A stretch of 64,000 nt of DNA from Clostridia bacterium (GTDB lineage: Bacteria > Bacillota > Clostridia > Oscillospirales > CAG-272): positions 3,258-67,257 of the forward strand of contig JAGDBK010000013.1 in assembly GCA_017959065.1 (NCBI GenBank). The letters are read 5' to 3'. The translations under genes were made by a program, and so were the position numbers. Positions 60,892 through 64,000 of the stretch are shown piece by piece. The notes under the pieces are model-generated. The model was given only the letters and a program-made list of their open reading frames with translations. It had not been told where the DNA came from and did not search any database. How positions within the stretch are numbered: the first letter of the stretch is position 1; every line of letters begins with the position of its first letter.

Positions 60892-61428
60892 TCATGTTAA
60901 GGAAAAAATCCTTTTATCCAGATTTCTCGACTTAATCGCAAAATACAGCACTGTTCCAAGGGTGAAGATAACCGCCGCCTCGCCCGCCGCGACATAAAGA
61001 GCGTTCACATGGAAAGCATCGCCGATATAGACTGTGAGCTCCCACCCCACGATGACCGCGTTGAACAGGACCGGAAACAGCATACCGAGAAGAGGGAACT
61101 TCAGAATCTTTATGTTCCGGCAGTACCACATCCCTAACGCGGAAAGCAGCGATGCGAGCGACCCGAGAAGGAAATCGAGCGGAAGCGCATAGCCCGACGT
61201 GAGATTGAAGACCAGGCATCCCAGAGTCAGCCCCGGTATCGCCGCGGGAGTGAAAAAAGCGAGGACGCACATGGCTTCAGTGGATCTGAACTGTATGGCT
61301 CCGGAAGTGAGCCCCGGCAAAAGTATGTTCTGAAGATGCGTCAGGACCGCATAAAGTGCCGCGATTATGGCAGCCTGCACCAGAAACCTGATCTTGCTGT
61401 TACGTTTCATAAAACAATTAATGGGCAT
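60892..61428 (-). CDS. queT: QueT-family queuosine-precursor transporter
   Basis: Hydrophobic 172-178-aa protein (...FLVQAAIIAALYAVLTHL...) directly downstream of a preQ1 riboswitch. The start is ambiguous: ATG 61428 or ATG 61410 (MKRNSKIRF). Confidence 0.75.
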   Translation of the reverse strand: MPINCFMKRNSKIRFLVQAAIIAALYAVLTHLQNILLPGLTSGAIQFRSTEAMCVLAFFTPAAIPGLTLGCLVFNLTSGYALPLDFLLGSLASLLSALGMWYCRNIKILKFPLLGMLFPVLFNAVIVGWELTVYIGDAFHVNALYVAAGEAAVIFTLGTVLYFAIKSRNLDKRIFSLT

Positions 61429-61444
61429 GACATGCCCATTCTCC

Positions 61445-61484
61445 CCTAGTTTTTTTTATAGACAGGATGGTCACGAACTGTCTT
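61445..61484 (-). promoter_or_regulatory. preQ1-I riboswitch aptamer
   Basis: Minus strand reads GACAG-UUC-GUGACCAUC-CUGUC-UAUAAAAAAAACUAGGGGAG. This has the same architecture as the B. subtilis queC aptamer (AGAGG-UUC-UAGCUACAC-CCUCU-AUAAAAAACUAAGG). The tail overlaps the SD, and a queT gene follows. Confidence 0.8.
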
Positions 61485-61494
61485 TATTGTGCTG

Positions 61495-61523
61495 ATTATC
61501 TCATAAAAATACCGCAATGTCAA
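61495..61523 (-). promoter_or_regulatory. sigma-A type promoter of riboswitch-queT-ttcA unit
   Basis: Minus strand reads TTGACA (61523-61518), a 17-nt spacer, then TGa-GATAAT (61500-61495). Confidence 0.55.
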
Positions 61524-61632
61524 TATTCTTCCCTTACATCGTTCTCCTCCCGCCCCAGGAAGCCGGCTCTGTATGCGTCCGCGCTCCCGTTCACGCTGAA
61601 AGCTTCCCGGATCCTGCAGGGGAAAATAAATC

Positions 61633-61661
61633 TTGCATTTTGACTCGCCATATGATATACT
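61633..61661 (+). promoter_or_regulatory. sigma-A type promoter of tRNA-Trp
   Basis: TTGCAT (61633-61638), a 17-nt spacer, then TGa-TATACT (61656-61661). Confidence 0.5.
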
Positions 61662-61673
61662 CATGCTCAGCGA

Positions 61674-61749
61674 AGGGGTATAGCTCAGTTGGTAGAGCAG
61701 CGGTCTCCAAAACCGCGTGTCCTGGGTTCAAGTCCTAGTGCCCCTGCCA
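61674..61749 (+). tRNA. tRNA-Trp (anticodon CCA), CCA end encoded
   Basis: AGGGGTATAGCTCAGTTGGTAGAGC..., anticodon loop CTCCAAA, T-loop GGTTCAAGTCC. Length 76 nt. Confidence 0.93.
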
Positions 61750-61755
61750 AATAAA

Positions 61756-61800
61756 GTCTGAAGTCCGATAGATCGCGTGGACTTTCAGGCTTTTTCTTGT
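61756..61800 (+). terminator. intrinsic terminator after tRNA-Trp
   Basis: GTCTGAAGTCC...GGACTTTCAGGC followed by TTTTTCTTGTTTTT. Confidence 0.7.
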
Positions 61801-61840
61801 TTTTGAACCTGTTTACATTGGATCAGAAAGGATTTTTCCC

Positions 61841-62440
61841 ATGAACATTGTCTGCCTTGATTTGGAAGGTGTACTGGTGCCTGAGATATGGATAGCCTTT
61901 TCAAAAGCCAGCGGCATCCCCGAGCTGTCCCGCACCACAAGAGACGAGCCGGATTACAACAAGCTGATGAAATGGAGACTCGGCATCCTTGCGGAGCACG
62001 GCATGCATCTTGAAGACATACAGAAGGTAATAGAAACCATCGACCCGATGCCGGGCGCCTTTGAGTTCCTTAACGAACTCAGGTCGATAACGCAGGTGGT
62101 CATACTCAGCGACACCTTCACCCAGTTTGCCTCTCCGCTCATGAAAAAGCTGGGATGGCCCACTATCTTCTGCAATTCGCTTACGGTCGACGAAAACGGA
62201 AACGTCACGGGTTACCGTCTCCGTACGGAAAAGACCAAACTGACCACGGTCAGGGCTTTCCAGTCGATCGGATTCGACACCATAGCCGCCGGAGACAGCT
62301 TCAACGATCTGGAGATGATCTTTGCCAGCAAGGCAGGCTTTCTTTTCAGAAGCACGGAAGCGATAAGAAACAAATATCCGGACCTTCCCGCGTTTGAAGA
62401 ATACGGCGACCTGCTCGATGCCATCAAAAAGTGTCTGTAA
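61841..62440 (+). CDS. thrH: ThrH-type HAD phosphoserine phosphatase / homoserine phosphotransferase
   Basis: MNIVCLDLEGVLVPEIWIAF...VVILSDTF...AAGDSFND..., closely resembling Pseudomonas ThrH as I recall it (CLDLEGVLVPEIWIAF, VVILSDTF, AAGDSYND). Confidence 0.75.
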   Translation: MNIVCLDLEGVLVPEIWIAFSKASGIPELSRTTRDEPDYNKLMKWRLGILAEHGMHLEDIQKVIETIDPMPGAFEFLNELRSITQVVILSDTFTQFASPLMKKLGWPTIFCNSLTVDENGNVTGYRLRTEKTKLTTVRAFQSIGFDTIAAGDSFNDLEMIFASKAGFLFRSTEAIRNKYPDLPAFEEYGDLLDAIKKCL

Positions 62441-62468
62441 TATATAATCAAATGAAAGGAGACAAAAA

Positions 62469-63377
62469 ATGGAGCTTGATGAAAAAACGCTGAACGACGG
62501 GCTTAAGTTCATAGTGGGGACCTGGCAGGTCGATTATGTCGTCAACGCATTTTCGAACGATCTGAAGCATATTCCGGCATCAGAGTTCAAAAGCGAAGAC
62601 GGCAGGGATTTTTCCGCCATCACGTATTCTTTTTTTGAAGATCACACCGTAATAATGAAAAACGGTTCTGACGGCCGTGAAGAATCCGGGACCTGGGAAC
62701 AGACCGGCTGGTCAGAATACCATTATACCCTGAACGCGTTTCTGGATATTCCCGACAGCAGTTTTCTCAAGAACGCGGAAACGCTGTCCGTTCTGGACGG
62801 AAACCTTGTATTCAGCATCGGTTTTCTCGCAATCGGCATGAAGAAGATCGCCGAAGGCATCGTGACCGAGAAACCTGACATAGGCGACCTGAAGCCGTCT
62901 GAAGAGGATGAGGAGCTTATGGAGATCGTTGGAAGGTACGAAGTTGCCAAGGCCATGTCGTTTGTAGGAGGAGAGTTCTCACTTTTCACCCGCGAAGAGG
63001 TCATCGCTGAAATGGAAGCAAAAAAAGCTGCGGACGAGATCGACGAAGATGAAATTAAAGAGTCGCTGCGTTCTTTTGACTCCTACTATGAGATTACGTC
63101 CGATCACAGGATCATTACCTGGATGAAGATCCCTGACGGAGTGCCTGAGGAAGCTATCAAGCAGGCCCTTGAATCCGGGGAGATAAAAGAAGTGAAAGAC
63201 GGTTATTTCACTGTTCAGGAAAAAGAGTGGAAAGCGGTGGACGGGAAGTATTATTACGACACCGGCGAACACCGCGAGCTGTTCGGAGAGGTCCAGTCCC
63301 CGTGGGATGAACTCAAAACAGACGAAGACGGGTTGCTGGATTTCAGTTCGGGAATGGTCAAACTTAAGAAAGTATAA
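62469..63377 (+). CDS. hypothetical acidic protein, no family recognised
   Basis: 302-aa ORF with coding-like composition, an upstream AAAGGAG, and a strong terminator immediately after it. Confidence 0.5.
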   Translation: MELDEKTLNDGLKFIVGTWQVDYVVNAFSNDLKHIPASEFKSEDGRDFSAITYSFFEDHTVIMKNGSDGREESGTWEQTGWSEYHYTLNAFLDIPDSSFLKNAETLSVLDGNLVFSIGFLAIGMKKIAEGIVTEKPDIGDLKPSEEDEELMEIVGRYEVAKAMSFVGGEFSLFTREEVIAEMEAKKAADEIDEDEIKESLRSFDSYYEITSDHRIITWMKIPDGVPEEAIKQALESGEIKEVKDGYFTVQEKEWKAVDGKYYYDTGEHRELFGEVQSPWDELKTDEDGLLDFSSGMVKLKKV

Positions 63378-63383
63378 CAAGAA

Positions 63384-63418
63384 AAGCGGAACGCTCAGGC
63401 GTTCCGCTTCCTTTTTTC
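63384..63418. terminator. intrinsic terminator between convergent genes
   Basis: 11-bp stem AAGCGGAACGC/GCGTTCCGCTT followed by CCTTTTTT. Confidence 0.8.
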
Positions 63419-63430
63419 AGATTATCCGTC

Positions 63431-63808
63431 TTATTCGGCTTTTTCGACCTTTTCGAGTTTTGCTTCAGGAGCGTTCTTCTTGACGCTCTCGATTCCGTTA
63501 AGGCAGCTGGCCTTTGCCTTGTAGCCTTCGGATACGGCAATGATCTCGCCGTTTCTTGCTTTAAGGCGGAAGCGGAATTCTCCCTTTTTGTCGGTATACA
63601 TCTCAAACTTCGGATTCTTTTTCGTTTCAAATCCCTCGGCGGTCTGATCCTCGATCTCACATGCAGAGTTCTTTCTGACGCTCTCGACTCCGTTGAGGCA
63701 TGCTTTCTCCGACGAGTAGATTTCGGAAGTTGCGATAATCTCGCCGTTGCCTGCTTTCAGATCGAATTTAAATCCGCTGGGAACCTCTTTGACAACAAAT
63801 TTTCCCAT
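63431..63808 (-). CDS. YegP-family protein (two DUF1508 repeats)
   Basis: 125-aa ORF with duplicated F(K/R)F.LKA.NGEIIA.SE.Y....(A/S)CLNG(V/I)ESV(R/K)KN. Confidence 0.85.
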   Translation of the reverse strand: MGKFVVKEVPSGFKFDLKAGNGEIIATSEIYSSEKACLNGVESVRKNSACEIEDQTAEGFETKKNPKFEMYTDKKGEFRFRLKARNGEIIAVSEGYKAKASCLNGIESVKKNAPEAKLEKVEKAE

Positions 63809-63850
63809 TTTTCAAACTTCCTTTCACAAAAATAATGAATTCGAACGGTG

Positions 63851-63880
63851 AAAAAACAAAAGGAGCTCCTCGGAGCCCCT
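63851..63880 (-). terminator. intrinsic terminator after tRNA-Leu
   Basis: Minus strand reads AGGGGCUCC-GA-GGAGCUCCU followed by UUUGUUUUUU. Confidence 0.6.
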
Positions 63881-63904
63881 TCCAGTGTGCCCGGAAAACT
63901 CCGG

Positions 63905-63988
63905 TGGTGCGAGAGACGGGACTTGAACCCGTACGGTGGAACCACACGCCCCTCAAACGTGCGCGTCTGCCAATTTCGCCACTCTCGC
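63905..63988 (-). tRNA. tRNA-Leu (anticodon GAG), CCA end encoded
   Basis: Reverse complement GCGAGAGTGGCGAAATTGGCAGACGCGCACGTTTGAGGGGCGTG...GGGTTCAAGTCCCGTCTCTCGCACCA. Anticodon loop TTGAGGG and a long variable arm. Confidence 0.88.
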
Positions 63989-64000
63989 TTGTTGCTTTCG

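Overview
This is a 64-kb chromosomal core region of a moderately GC-rich Firmicute, probably a gut or rumen member of Clostridia (taxonomy is inferred from gene content and operon style only). I found no mobile elements, prophage genes, CRISPR arrays or recognisable defence or biosynthetic islands, and no convincing novel multi-gene system.

Gene content:
- **Arginine operon (minus strand):** argC-argJ-argB-argD-argF-carA-carB. It runs without a stop codon into the start of dapF at the window edge.
- **Housekeeping genes:** ROK glucokinase, metA, pyrR convergent with a uracil permease, holA, secG, a Na/Pi-PhoU transporter, rex-dnaD-dnaI, icd-like, tsaD-rimI-PTP-ruvB-ruvA-yfhO-DUF951, metF, a GH2 beta-galactosidase, fhs, tsaE-tsaB-CPBP-tadA, ireB-ribF, queT-ttcA and thrH.
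- **RNA genes:** tRNA-Ser(UGA), tRNA-Trp(CCA) and tRNA-Leu(GAG).

Observations worth a second look:
1. carB reads in frame into dapF.
2. fhs carries an in-frame TGA, followed immediately by an in-frame ATG.
3. A PBP5/DacA-type carboxypeptidase homolog has all three catalytic motifs substituted.
4. Two tandem cytoplasmic beta-helix (GH28-like) paralogs lie downstream of metA. One keeps the NTD...GDD motif and the other has lost it.
5. A promoter-driven, roughly 110-nt structured element lies upstream of tRNA-Ser.
6. A preQ1-I riboswitch precedes queT-ttcA and has an unusual palindromic start region.
7. secG carries an 18-bp tandem-repeat tail.

Most long ORFs in the supplied track that lie antisense to these genes are shadow frames and were not called.
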